Part shown: positions 50,235 to 60,252 of the stretch, piece by piece
Position numbering within the stretch: the stretch's first letter is position 1
Layout: every line of letters starts with the position of its first letter
Assembly (NCBI GenBank): GCA_963665665.1
Contig: OY762428.1
Coordinates: 1,248,001 to 1,312,000 of the forward strand
Source of the DNA: Candidatus Kapaibacterium sp.
Lineage (GTDB): Bacteria > Bacteroidota > Ignavibacteria > Kapaibacteriales > UBA2268
Direction: 5' to 3'
Length of the DNA stretch: 64,000 bases
Notes under the pieces: generated by a model
Told to the model about the DNA's origin: nothing
Databases searched by the model: none
The model's input: only the letters and a program-made list of their open reading frames with translations
Made by a program: the position numbers and the translations under genes

Positions 50235-51179
50235 ATGCAGACCATCTCAGACGGAAACGGAACGGAGAATTTTCAGAACGAAAATATCTTCTTTGATTTA
50301 GACAGCGCACTGGCAAATGTTGACAAAGTTTATAAACTTGACCTTCACTTCAAAGACCTTGAATGTTTTCCGAAAGATATTTTAAAACTAAAAAATTTAC
50401 AATCATTGGTTCTCTGGAATAATCAGATAGAAGAAATTCCCGAAGAAATAGAACAATTGAAAGAACTTTCCAAGCTGGAATTAAGCGGCAATAAATTGAA
50501 AAAACTTCCCGAATCAATCGGAAATCTCAGTAAACTTCATACACTTGTTGTCAGCTGGAATAATCTTGAAACCTTGCCTGATAGTATTGGCAAACTTAAC
50601 AATCTGAAAAGGCTCGGGCTGAACAATAATAAATTGAAATCCCTGCCGGAATCAATTTCCGGGCTTGAAAACCTTGATGAGCTTATTCTTAGAGAAAACA
50701 GGCTGATCGATCTTCCTGAAAATATAGGCAACCTTAAGAACCTGAAAAAGCTTCGTGCATCGGGCAATCATTTATCGAAATTGCCGGATAGCATTTGTGA
50801 AATAATTTCACTTGAAAAACTGGAAGTAGAAGAAAATAATATTGAAGAATTGCCAAAAAATATTGGCAATCTTATCAATCTGGACAAAATCAGGCTTCAT
50901 AAAAATCTTATTGAAACGCTCCCTGATTCATTCTGTAAGCTTGCTTCACTAACCAAACTCCTGATGTATGAAAATGAATTGGTTAAACTTCCCGAAAATA
51001 TTGGCAATCTTACAAATCTGATAGATCTGAATTTCAGTTTCAATCATTTGTCATGTTTGCCGGAGAGTATGGCCGGGCTGAATGAAAATTGCCGTATTGA
51101 TATTACAATGAATGAATTTGATGAAGAAGGCCTGAATAAAGCCAGGGAAATTCTTAAAGGCCATATTGTTCATAGCTAA
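50235..51179 (+). CDS. Leucine-rich repeat protein (23-aa repeats)
   Basis: LxxLxLxxNxLxxLPxxIG units; GGAGG Shine-Dalgarno. Confidence 0.92.
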   Translation: MQTISDGNGTENFQNENIFFDLDSALANVDKVYKLDLHFKDLECFPKDILKLKNLQSLVLWNNQIEEIPEEIEQLKELSKLELSGNKLKKLPESIGNLSKLHTLVVSWNNLETLPDSIGKLNNLKRLGLNNNKLKSLPESISGLENLDELILRENRLIDLPENIGNLKNLKKLRASGNHLSKLPDSICEIISLEKLEVEENNIEELPKNIGNLINLDKIRLHKNLIETLPDSFCKLASLTKLLMYENELVKLPENIGNLTNLIDLNFSFNHLSCLPESMAGLNENCRIDITMNEFDEEGLNKAREILKGHIVHS

Positions 51180-51203
51180 TTCAATTCATAAATGTTTATG
51201 CTA

Positions 51204-51238
51204 AATCCCTTCCATATTACGGAGGGGATTTTTTTTTA
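51204..51238 (+). terminator. Intrinsic terminator
   Basis: AATCCCTTCC..GGAGGGGATT + T-run. Confidence 0.8.
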
Positions 51239-51344
51239 TTTTCCTGGAGGCAGAAAATATTTTCCGGGGATTTTTAAAATAAAACAATATTGTTAGCGTT
51301 AGCTAAATATAATATTTGTTACGAATAATTCTTCGGAGATATAA

Positions 51345-51518
51345 ATGGATCAGAATATTTGCCCCAATTGCGGGAACGTAAGAAACCCCAAAAATATAGA
51401 CAGAAGCAGGGATTTGGATAATCCCCGCAGCGAAGATGACATTCCAAATAACTGGCTTTGCCCGGGATGTGGTGTTGACAAACGTGGCTTTGTAGAACTA
51501 AAACTCAACTTCGAATAA
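51345..51518 (+). CDS. Divergent rubredoxin-like protein, 57 aa (below ORF-track cutoff)
   Basis: Hand translation MDQNICPNCG...DDIPNNWLCPGCGVDKRGF..; GGAG Shine-Dalgarno; own terminator. Confidence 0.8.
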   Translation: MDQNICPNCGNVRNPKNIDRSRDLDNPRSEDDIPNNWLCPGCGVDKRGFVELKLNFE

Positions 51519-51553
51519 ATTTAAAACTTGGTGATAAGTTCTTCTGATAACTG

Positions 51554-51584
51554 AAAACCCTGCTGGCATGTGCAGGGTTTTTTT
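51554..51584 (+). terminator. Intrinsic terminator
   Basis: AAAACCCTGC..GCAGGGTTTT + T-run. Confidence 0.8.
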
Positions 51585-51679
51585 ATTTTTCCACAGAATC
51601 CAAATACTCAATCTTTTTATTTAATATTTTTTCAATAATTCCGTAGTTTTGAACTTTTGATGATACATAGAATGGGCTG

Positions 51680-53191
51680 ATGATGACGGATCATAATTAC
51701 ATGCAAAACCCCGATTTGGACAAACCAAGGCCAAACTGCGCCGTGGTTGGTGTTTTTAACCACCCCCAGGCTTCAATAATGAGCTATTATATGCTGCATT
51801 CACTACAGCACCGCGGACAGGAAGCTGCAGGAATTACAACCATATATTATGACGAGCAAAAGAAAAAGAAAAGATTTGCCTATACAAGGGGCGAAGGCCT
51901 GGTATTAGATGTTTTTTCGGAACCGGACACGCTTACCGAAGTCCTGAAAGGCGATTCCGGTATAGGGCATAACCGTTATTCTACTACAGGATCATCTTCA
52001 AGAGCCAATATTCAGCCTTTCAACATGCTTTACCACTCGGGAATTCTTTGCGTGGCTCATAACGGCAATCTTACAAACACAATGGAACTAAGGAAAAAAC
52101 TCCAGAGAGAGGGTGCTATTTTCCAGACAACAACAGATTCAGAGATTTTTATGCACCTGATTGCACACAGCAAAAAGGAAACTCAGATTGACCAGGTAAG
52201 GGAAGCTCTGGAAACAGCCAAAGGAGCTTATTCGCTTTGCATTCTTACAGAAGATTCCCTGATTGCGGCCCGCGACCCGCATGGTGTCCGTCCTCTTTGC
52301 ATTGGCAGAAAAAAAGTTAACGGCGAGTGGGCATATTTTGTTGCTTCGGAATCCTGCGCTTTTGATATTATCAGTGCTGAATATGTCAGGTCGGTAAAGC
52401 ACAATGAGATAGTGGTTATAAACCGAAAAACTGTTGAAACCGGCGAAATGACAACCTATAAAATTATCGAAGAAACACCGGAAGCACATCATTGTATTTT
52501 TGAATATATATATTTCTCTCGTCCGGATAGTAAAATTTTCGAGCATAATGTTGATAAAGTAAGAAGAAAACTTGGCAAGAACTTAGCGGCCGAAAGCCCG
52601 ATAAAAGCTCCTAAAGGAGAAAAAATTACGGTTATACCTGTGCCCGACAGCGGAAACACTGCTACTCTTGGCTATGCTGTTGAGAATAATAAGCACCAGG
52701 GGCCTACCCGCTACGAAATAGGTTTGATAAGAAGCCACTATGTTGGACGAACATTTATTGCGCCGGGGCAGGACAATCGGGAATTCAAAGTGAAAGTGAA
52801 ATTCAATGTGGTTAAGGGAGTTATAAAAAACAGAAATATTGTTGTAATGGACGACTCTATAGTTCGTGGCACAACTTCAAAATCGCTTATTAAGCTGATA
52901 AAAGATGCCGGCCCTAATTGCGTTCATTGCAAAATCACTTCACCGCCAATAAAATACCCTTGTTTCTATGGTATGGACTTCCCGAGCAGGGAAGAACTTA
53001 TTGCCAATCACTACAAGGATCAGGATGCAATAGCAGAAGCAATCGGTGTTGATTCCCTGCACTACCTTACACTTGATACTTTGCTGAAATCTGTTCCAAA
53101 GGATGAAGGCGTATCATACTGCACAGCCTGCTTTAATGGTGATTATCCCATTCCGGTGAATGGAGAGGTAAACAAAGATTCGGCGGAATGA
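51680..53191 (+). CDS. purF: Amidophosphoribosyltransferase
   Basis: Propeptide then Cys, LQHRGQE, GHNRYSTTG, HNGNL, CIFEYIYF, DDSIVRGTT, CTACF; TAGTTTTG at 51644. Confidence 0.96.
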   Translation: MMTDHNYMQNPDLDKPRPNCAVVGVFNHPQASIMSYYMLHSLQHRGQEAAGITTIYYDEQKKKKRFAYTRGEGLVLDVFSEPDTLTEVLKGDSGIGHNRYSTTGSSSRANIQPFNMLYHSGILCVAHNGNLTNTMELRKKLQREGAIFQTTTDSEIFMHLIAHSKKETQIDQVREALETAKGAYSLCILTEDSLIAARDPHGVRPLCIGRKKVNGEWAYFVASESCAFDIISAEYVRSVKHNEIVVINRKTVETGEMTTYKIIEETPEAHHCIFEYIYFSRPDSKIFEHNVDKVRRKLGKNLAAESPIKAPKGEKITVIPVPDSGNTATLGYAVENNKHQGPTRYEIGLIRSHYVGRTFIAPGQDNREFKVKVKFNVVKGVIKNRNIVVMDDSIVRGTTSKSLIKLIKDAGPNCVHCKITSPPIKYPCFYGMDFPSREELIANHYKDQDAIAEAIGVDSLHYLTLDTLLKSVPKDEGVSYCTACFNGDYPIPVNGEVNKDSAE

Positions 53192-53227
53192 TAGCTTGAA
53201 TATTTTAAATTTAATTTTTAAATATTA

Positions 53228-53260
53228 TCTCCTTTCAAAATTAGCTGAAAGGAGATTTTT
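53228..53260 (+). terminator. Intrinsic terminator of purF
   Basis: ATCTCCTTTCA..TGAAAGGAGAT + T-run. Confidence 0.8.
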
Positions 53261-53370
53261 ACATTCAGAAAAAACTATGTTGAACAACTCTCAAATTCTC
53301 ATCATTGTAATATGGCGTGATATTATTAATTTGTAAGCCTGAAAATTTTAATTTTAATAAATGAAATTTA

Positions 53371-54792
53371 ATGCTTTTTAATTCTTATACATTTATTGCA
53401 TTTTTTATTATTGTTATCAGCCTGCATTATCTCGTTAAAAACTGGCAGGTAAACAAAACTGTATTGCTTGTTGCAAGCTACATGTTCTATGCTGCCTGGA
53501 ATCCGCCTTTCGTGATATTATTGTGGGTTTCAACCCTTGCGGACTGGTTCCTGGCAAGGCGTATCCATGTGGAAGACAGTAAATCAAGAAAAAAAATATT
53601 CCTTGCCGGAAGCCTGATTGTAAACCTCGGGCTGCTGTCATTTTTTAAGTACGGCGGTTTTCTTGTTGATAATTTTTCAGCTTTTATGGCTTTAATCGGG
53701 GTTAATTACCAGCCTGCCGCACCCGATATTATCCTTCCCGTCGGCATATCATTTTATACATTTCAGACATTGTCATATACAATAGATATCTATAAAGGAA
53801 AAGGCAAACCCTGGCATTCATTCCTTGACTACGCGCTATATGTTACATTTTTCCCACAGCTTGTAGCAGGGCCAATAGTCCGTGCATTTGACTTTCTGCC
53901 CCAATGTGAAAAAAAGAAAGAATTCAAATCCTCCAATCTTTCCTGGGGAATGTATCATTTTGTGATTGGCCTTTTTCTGAAAATTGTTGTTGCCGACGGC
54001 CTTCTTGCTCCGATAGCCGAGCAGATATACTCAAATCCCGCGCAGCCAGATACAATCAGCGCTTATGCCGGTACTTTTGCCTTTGCCGGGCAGATATTTG
54101 CTGATTTTTCAGGATATTCCACCTGTGCTATTGGAATTGCAATGACCCTTGGTTTTATCCTGCCGGAAAACTTCCGCTATCCCTACGCTGCAATCGGCTT
54201 TTCGGATTTCTGGAGGCGCTGGCATATTTCACTTTCTTCCTGGCTGAGGGATTATCTTTATATATCCATGGGCGGCAACAGGAAAGGCAATGTTAGAACT
54301 TACATTAACCTTTCAGCTACTATGCTGCTTGGCGGCCTGTGGCACGGAGCTTCATGGACCTTTGTTGTATGGGGCGGGCTGCACGGCTTTTACCTGATAG
54401 TAGAGAGGCTGCTGCGCAAAGTAATTCCGGCCGGTAAAATATGGGAAAGAAAACCGGTTAAAGTAATTCTTGCACTTTTCACCTTCTGGCTGGTGTGCAT
54501 AACATGGGTGTTTTTCAGGGCTGATACATTTACCCACGCATTCGATATTATCGAATCGATGTTCGGACTTCAGAATGCAAGTATGCTCAGCCTGAGGCTT
54601 AAGGATCTGGCAATTTCATATTTTGCTACAATTGTTATCTTAATTATCCATTGGAATATGAGGGATACAAGTGTGCGCCGGGTTACAGAAAAAATGCCGG
54701 CGTTCCTTAGAATAATTATCTTAGCTGCCATGCTTCTCGCTATTGTTACACTTTCCGGAGACGACCGTGCCTTCATCTATTTCCAGTTCTGA
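53371..54792 (+). CDS. MBOAT O-acyltransferase (AlgI/DltB-like)
   Basis: LPVGISFYTFQ, FFPQLVAGPI, DFSGYS, FWRRWHISLS, GLWHG, FIYFQF. Confidence 0.94.
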   Translation: MLFNSYTFIAFFIIVISLHYLVKNWQVNKTVLLVASYMFYAAWNPPFVILLWVSTLADWFLARRIHVEDSKSRKKIFLAGSLIVNLGLLSFFKYGGFLVDNFSAFMALIGVNYQPAAPDIILPVGISFYTFQTLSYTIDIYKGKGKPWHSFLDYALYVTFFPQLVAGPIVRAFDFLPQCEKKKEFKSSNLSWGMYHFVIGLFLKIVVADGLLAPIAEQIYSNPAQPDTISAYAGTFAFAGQIFADFSGYSTCAIGIAMTLGFILPENFRYPYAAIGFSDFWRRWHISLSSWLRDYLYISMGGNRKGNVRTYINLSATMLLGGLWHGASWTFVVWGGLHGFYLIVERLLRKVIPAGKIWERKPVKVILALFTFWLVCITWVFFRADTFTHAFDIIESMFGLQNASMLSLRLKDLAISYFATIVILIIHWNMRDTSVRRVTEKMPAFLRIIILAAMLLAIVTLSGDDRAFIYFQF

Positions 54793-54796
54793 GCCA

Positions 54797-55798
54797 ATGA
54801 AATTATCAGGTAAGATTTGGTTGACAGCAATAGCTTCATCTTTGTTGGTATTGATTGGCATGGAAATTTTTTTCAGAGCTATGGGTTATCCTACAGTTAT
54901 AACCGATGATGCCGCACTATGGTCATTGGAAAGGGACAAACTGGGAAAAAGCCCGAAAGAATTTGTTCTTATAGGGGCATCAAGAATTCAGCTGGGTTTT
55001 GATATGCAGCTTTTCAGGGAAAAATATCCGGATTATAATATTATCAACCTGGCTATTGACGGCAGCAATCCCAAACTGACTTTGGAAGCACTGGCAAAAG
55101 ATGAGGATTTCTGTGGAATAGTTCTTTGCAGCATAAACGAGGCTGCTATTCTGAATGCCGATCCGGGACGCAGCCAGGCATATCATAACAATTATTACAG
55201 GAACAATTATAATCTTAATACAAGGATAAACCGTGAAATATCTACATTTTTACAGAAAAACCTTGTACTTGCCAATCCGCTTTTTAACCCTGTGAACTTT
55301 GCCGAATCATGGATATCTCTTGGGGAAATGCCTTCCGAAAATTATCTTAAAACATTCGAAGACAGAAGCAGAAGAGCCGATTACACCCTGGTTGATATTA
55401 AGAAACACCGACGGCAGAGAATTGATATTGAACTTAAATATCTAAAATTTATTGAAAGTAAACTATCTATTGAGAAATTTCATAAGGGAACCTCTGTTCT
55501 CAGGAAATATTCAGAAATGATCAGAAATCGGGGTGGGGTAGTTCTTTTTATTCGCTATCCCACATCCGATGCACTGTTTGAAAGGGAAAATGAACTTTTC
55601 CCGCGAAATGAATTTTGGGATTACTTCGGGGATAATGTAGGGGCTCCCTGCATTTACTTTGCAGATTATCCGGAATTATCGAAATTTAAACTTCCTGAAA
55701 CATCACATCTTGATCAGAGGGATGTTTCGGAATTTACCGAATCAATAATTTCAATTCTTGAGAAAGAAAAAATATTTGATCGAAAGGGAACGAAATAG
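54797..55798 (+). CDS. Membrane-anchored SGNH-like partner of the MBOAT protein
   Basis: N-terminal TM segment, IGASR, NLAIDG, ETSHL. Confidence 0.7.
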   Translation: MKLSGKIWLTAIASSLLVLIGMEIFFRAMGYPTVITDDAALWSLERDKLGKSPKEFVLIGASRIQLGFDMQLFREKYPDYNIINLAIDGSNPKLTLEALAKDEDFCGIVLCSINEAAILNADPGRSQAYHNNYYRNNYNLNTRINREISTFLQKNLVLANPLFNPVNFAESWISLGEMPSENYLKTFEDRSRRADYTLVDIKKHRRQRIDIELKYLKFIESKLSIEKFHKGTSVLRKYSEMIRNRGGVVLFIRYPTSDALFERENELFPRNEFWDYFGDNVGAPCIYFADYPELSKFKLPETSHLDQRDVSEFTESIISILEKEKIFDRKGTK

Positions 55799-56009
55799 AT
55801 TTTTCTCAGTTATACTTATAGAGTGATGATTATTTGAAAACCTAACTTACAATAATTTGTAACCTTTTTTGTTGTTTATGTGTCTCACAAACCGAGGCTG
55901 AGGTGAAATTGCGAAAGTTTTATTATATTATTTAGCTGTTTTTGTTAAAAAATTGTTAAGAAATTATATTAAAAATGTAAATTTACTTGATTGTATATAA
56001 TTTAAGAGT

Positions 56010-56017
56010 TAATTTTG
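56010..56017 (+). promoter_or_regulatory. -7 element TAATTTTG
   Basis: TAnnTTTG 50 bp upstream of the ATG. Confidence 0.45.
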
Positions 56018-56066
56018 TCCGAAATTGATAATTGTTTTATTGTTTTATATAAATCTTGGAGTTAAG

Positions 56067-58070
56067 ATGAAAAAATTAATTTACGCTATTGCACTCATCG
56101 TGCTTCCTTTAAGCATCTTTGCTAAGGACATGATGGTAAGCAATGCTCCGGACCTCAATAACATTGAGATCAAAACACAGTACATGAAGGATATTGACAC
56201 AAAAGATCACCTTCCGACAATTTTGGGTAAATACAACCCTGCATTTTCTTCTGGAAGCGGTTTCTGGGGTGCTTATTTCAACTCAACACCTATTGCTTAT
56301 GATGCAACTTCAGGCATGACTTTTATTGCTGACTCACCTTATGGTTTGAAAGAAGACGATGATGAGATAATGACTGGTTTCATCCGTATTCACTATACAG
56401 CAGATGGCACAAACTTCACACAGATGGACGTATTCGAAGAACAGGGAACTATTTGTGTTAACCCGTCGATTGCAGTTCTCAATCCAAACGGAAGTTCAAA
56501 CCCGGCAGAAATGAACTATCTGATAACAACAAGGGTTTACAAATGGGACGGCCAGCAGTATGGTTATAATGGCGGTTTTTATCTTTTCATTACACCCGAC
56601 GGCGTGGAGAACTTTGAAATTGACGGCCCCGGCACAGGCTATATGTGGTCGATTATGAATACAGTATCTTACCAGGGCGAAGACGAAGGTTATGCATATA
56701 ATACTTCAACTCTTAGCAATGCTGACGGATACCAGTATGGCGCTTATGGCTTCTCAGGTGTTTATTTCGATTCAGACAACGCTTTTGATTTCACTTCTCT
56801 TGATATTCCGAGCCAGTGGTCAACATCCAAATTCCGTTCTTCAGACGGAGGCCTTGGTTCATCTTACAACGGCCCGATGGATATCGACGTTGATGAAGCA
56901 GGTAATGTGTATGTAGCTGTAAACAATATGTTCATTGAAAATCAGGATGCCCGCGTACCTGGTGTTTCAAAATCAACTGACCTTGGCCAGACATGGTCTG
57001 ATTTCGATCAGATGCCCAGCTCACTGCTTACAACTCTTATCGATGAATTAGGCCAGGATCCAAACGCTGAAGGCGTTGCAATTCCCGGTTCTATGCCTTA
57101 CTCCGCTAATGGTTTCGTTGTTACAGGCGAAGACGAATTCAGCATGGCATACAGGATAATCGTATGGGAAACAGATCCTGATGATCCCGAAAATCAGATT
57201 GGTACTCCTCACCTTGTTGAGGCATATAAAAAAGCCGGCGCATGGGGCGTTCGTGAAATTACCACATACAGATACCGCGATCCTTACGTTATCCAGAATC
57301 AGGGCTCGGGCGATGTACTGTTTGATTCTCTTATATCAAATAACAGGGCACACGAAGTTCAGTTAGCCAAAACTGCTGACGGCGAAGGTATCATCGTAAA
57401 ATGGATGCAGGAAGAATTTGATGAAGAAACTGAAAAATATGTAATTCTTGATCCTAACAAAAAAGGCCTTGGCGGCTGGGATGGCGATTTCTTCCCGGAT
57501 ACAATGTGGACTTCCGATATTCATGGTGCTTTCAGGGCTCATGGTGATAATGCCTGGGGACCTGCAATAAATATTACAGACGACAACCAGTTTAACAAAC
57601 TTTCATGGATTCCTAAAGTTGTTCCGAATGCAATCGCTGCACCAGTTCTAACATATATGACAAGGGAATATCAGGCAACTTCAACAAGTGATCGTAAAGA
57701 TTATGATCCGCATATCATGCAGATGATAATTGACGGTGGCCAGGATGCATACCTTGGAATGTGGAACTTTAAAACTGTTGGCGTTGAAGTAAATACACAG
57801 GCATTCAACTTCTCACTTAAAGACGCTGTTCCGAATCCTGTTGTAAATAACATTACTGAAATAGGTTTTGTTCTTGACAGAGATGCCAACGTTCAGATGG
57901 ATCTTTACAATGCTGTTGGCCAGAGGGTTCAGAGCCTTCTTAACAGCCATCAGTTTGAAGGCGTACACGTTGTAAATGTAAACACAGAAAATCTTTCCTC
58001 AGGTGTTTATTATTACACACTTACAGTTGAAGGCCAGTCTGTAACAAAGATGTTTGTTGTTAACCGTTAA
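56067..58070 (+). CDS. Acidic secreted protein with T9SS C-terminal domain
   Basis: Signal peptide, KSTDLGQTWS Asp-box, PNP..YNAVGQ..LSSGVYYY..TKMFVV. Confidence 0.85.
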   Translation: MKKLIYAIALIVLPLSIFAKDMMVSNAPDLNNIEIKTQYMKDIDTKDHLPTILGKYNPAFSSGSGFWGAYFNSTPIAYDATSGMTFIADSPYGLKEDDDEIMTGFIRIHYTADGTNFTQMDVFEEQGTICVNPSIAVLNPNGSSNPAEMNYLITTRVYKWDGQQYGYNGGFYLFITPDGVENFEIDGPGTGYMWSIMNTVSYQGEDEGYAYNTSTLSNADGYQYGAYGFSGVYFDSDNAFDFTSLDIPSQWSTSKFRSSDGGLGSSYNGPMDIDVDEAGNVYVAVNNMFIENQDARVPGVSKSTDLGQTWSDFDQMPSSLLTTLIDELGQDPNAEGVAIPGSMPYSANGFVVTGEDEFSMAYRIIVWETDPDDPENQIGTPHLVEAYKKAGAWGVREITTYRYRDPYVIQNQGSGDVLFDSLISNNRAHEVQLAKTADGEGIIVKWMQEEFDEETEKYVILDPNKKGLGGWDGDFFPDTMWTSDIHGAFRAHGDNAWGPAINITDDNQFNKLSWIPKVVPNAIAAPVLTYMTREYQATSTSDRKDYDPHIMQMIIDGGQDAYLGMWNFKTVGVEVNTQAFNFSLKDAVPNPVVNNITEIGFVLDRDANVQMDLYNAVGQRVQSLLNSHQFEGVHVVNVNTENLSSGVYYYTLTVEGQSVTKMFVVNR

Positions 58071-58091
58071 TCTAAAAGATATATAAATATC

Positions 58092-58121
58092 AAAAGGCCG
58101 CGATCTTCGCGGCCTTTTTTT
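58092..58121 (+). terminator. Intrinsic terminator
   Basis: AAAAGGCCGCGA-TCT-TCGCGGCCTTTT + T-run. Confidence 0.85.
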
Positions 58122-58139
58122 ATTCTTCCCCGGGAACAG

Positions 58140-58430
58140 GCATTTCTGAAAGAAAATGACATTCTGAACGAGCTTGCGACTGAAGAATCCATTTTCGTTT
58201 GCAGATAATGTATGAAGAATGTGGCCGGGGGGAGGTAGGAAGGGTCGAAAGCAAAGAACCAAAGTTTTAACCTATTGCTGCCTTGATCCAAATCAAAGCA
58301 AGAAAACCACCCCTTTAATCCCCTCCAAGGGAGGGGAATTTTTCCGGAATTTGTCGGCGCCGGCGGTGGGCAGTTACCTCCCAAGCGGGTATTGGGAAAG
58401 AGGTAGAAAGACAGACCGTATGTATTACCC
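58140..58430. repeat. Array-less remnant of the composite island (copy 4)
   Basis: TGTGGCCGGGGGGAGGTAGGAAG.GTCGAAAGCAAAG as at 11645; CCAAATCAAAGCAAGAAAACCACCCC similar to 11251; CCCCTCCAAGGGAGGGGAATT..AGAAAGACAGAC as reverse complement of 43326-43400. Confidence 0.8.
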
Positions 58431-58486
58431 GGATACCGGATTTCTGGAAATTATATATAAGTGGAATTACGACAGAGATTAGAATA

Positions 58487-58518
58487 CAAAAAAAGGAGCC
58501 CCGGTATTGGAACTCCTT
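58487..58518 (-). terminator. Probable intrinsic terminator of rho
   Basis: A-run + AAGGAG..CTCCTT. Confidence 0.55.
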
Positions 58519-58541
58519 CAATAAAACAAATTTTATGTTTA

Positions 58542-59930
58542 TCAGCTGTTCATACCCATAAGGAAATCGCGGTTCGAGCGTGTGCCCTTGATCCTCTTGA
58601 GCAGGAATTCCATAGCTTCCATAGGCTGCATATCTGCAAGAACTTTCCTGAGAACCCATACCCGCTTAAGCTCGTCTTTCGGCATAAGTAGGTCTTCCCG
58701 CCTTGTGCCGGATTTATTAACATCCATGGCAGGATAGATTCTCCTGTCAGAAACACGGCGGTCAAGCACGAGTTCAAGGTTACCTGTACCTTTGAATTCT
58801 TCAAAGATAACTTCGTCCATTCTTGAACCTGTTTCGATAAGAGCGGTAGCAATAATCGTCAGCGATCCGCCTTCCTCGATATTCCTGGCAGCACCAAAGA
58901 AGCGTTTGGGTTTGTGCAATGCATTGGCATCCACACCACCGGAAAGAATCTTGCCGGAATGAGGGATAACAGTGTTATGAGCCCTGGCAAGCCTGGTTAG
59001 CGAATCCAGAAGGATAACCACATCCTGGCCTGTTTCTGCAAGCCTTTTTGCTTTTTCAAGAACCATTTCAGCTACCTGAACGTGTCTCTCGGGCGGCTCA
59101 TCAAATGTGGAGGCCAATACTTCGGCACGTACATTTCTCTCCATATCGGTAACCTCTTCAGGCCTTTCGTCAATCAGAAGCACGATAAGTTTTACATCCG
59201 GATGGTTTGCGCTAATACTGTTAGCGGTTTGCTGCAGAAGGATTGTTTTACCTGATTTGGGCGGAGCAACTATCAGCCCGCGCTGCCCTTTACCAACGGG
59301 GCAAAGCATATCGACTATTCGCATTGAATATTCGTTCGGCTTTACTTCAAGTTTAAATTTTTCCTGGGGGTAAAACGGGGTCAGGTTATCGAACCTTGTT
59401 CTCTCGCGAACATACTCCGGATCCATGTAATTGACTGTATCAATTTTAAGGAGTGCAAAAAAACGCTCGCCCTCTTTCGGGGGCCTTACCTGCCCGCGAA
59501 TAGTATCACCGGTTTTAAGCATAAATTTTTTAATCTGGGATGGCGATACATAAATATCATCAGGAGAAGAAAGATAGTTGTAATCAGATGAACGGAGGAA
59601 TCCATAACCGTCAGGAAGAACTTCCAGCACTCCTCCGCTTGTTATCAATCCGTCAACGGATTTAATTTCCTTATGCTGTTTGTTCTGAGACTCAACGATC
59701 TTTACAATCAGCTCCTGCTTTCTCAGGTTTGAAAGGTCTGCAATTCCCAGTTCTTTGGCAATTTTGGTTAATTCAGCAATTTTTTTTGATTTCAGCTCAG
59801 CGATGTCTATCAGTGGTTCGGGAATCGGAATTTCTTCCGGCTCCTGATCTACCATAGTCATATCATCAAACGGCAATTGCTTTTCCTTTACCGGTTTTTC
59901 TTTTGGCTTACGTTTTTTAAACGTTTTCAT
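58542..59930 (-). CDS. rho: Transcription termination factor Rho
   Basis: [43 protein letters not shown]. Confidence 0.97.
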   Translation of the reverse strand: MKTFKKRKPKEKPVKEKQLPFDDMTMVDQEPEEIPIPEPLIDIAELKSKKIAELTKIAKELGIADLSNLRKQELIVKIVESQNKQHKEIKSVDGLITSGGVLEVLPDGYGFLRSSDYNYLSSPDDIYVSPSQIKKFMLKTGDTIRGQVRPPKEGERFFALLKIDTVNYMDPEYVRERTRFDNLTPFYPQEKFKLEVKPNEYSMRIVDMLCPVGKGQRGLIVAPPKSGKTILLQQTANSISANHPDVKLIVLLIDERPEEVTDMERNVRAEVLASTFDEPPERHVQVAEMVLEKAKRLAETGQDVVILLDSLTRLARAHNTVIPHSGKILSGGVDANALHKPKRFFGAARNIEEGGSLTIIATALIETGSRMDEVIFEEFKGTGNLELVLDRRVSDRRIYPAMDVNKSGTRREDLLMPKDELKRVWVLRKVLADMQPMEAMEFLLKRIKGTRSNRDFLMGMNS

Positions 59931-60252
59931 ATTGTTTTTTCCGAATTTTTGTGAATTATTAAGTGTATGATAATTTCGAAGTGATTTTAAGCTGGTAAAT
60001 TGTGATAAGTTATATATTTCAGTTACTTAAAGCGAAGTCGCTTAAAATAAAAATTTATTGTAAAAAATATTGCTATTGCTCAATATAGTCAAATATCCTA
60101 TATTGTTTTTCCGGAAATCATAAAAAAATCAAATAACGCGGTTGAGATAGAAGTAATTAACAGATATGCTCTTACATTCAGGTACAAAATTAAATTATTT
60201 ATATCATTTATGCAAATTCTTAACGCTAATAGTTTTAATTTTAAAAAATATT

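Noticed and set aside
53371-55798. MBOAT plus SGNH-like pair as a novel system
   Set aside because: Common AlgI/AlgJ-type acylation module.
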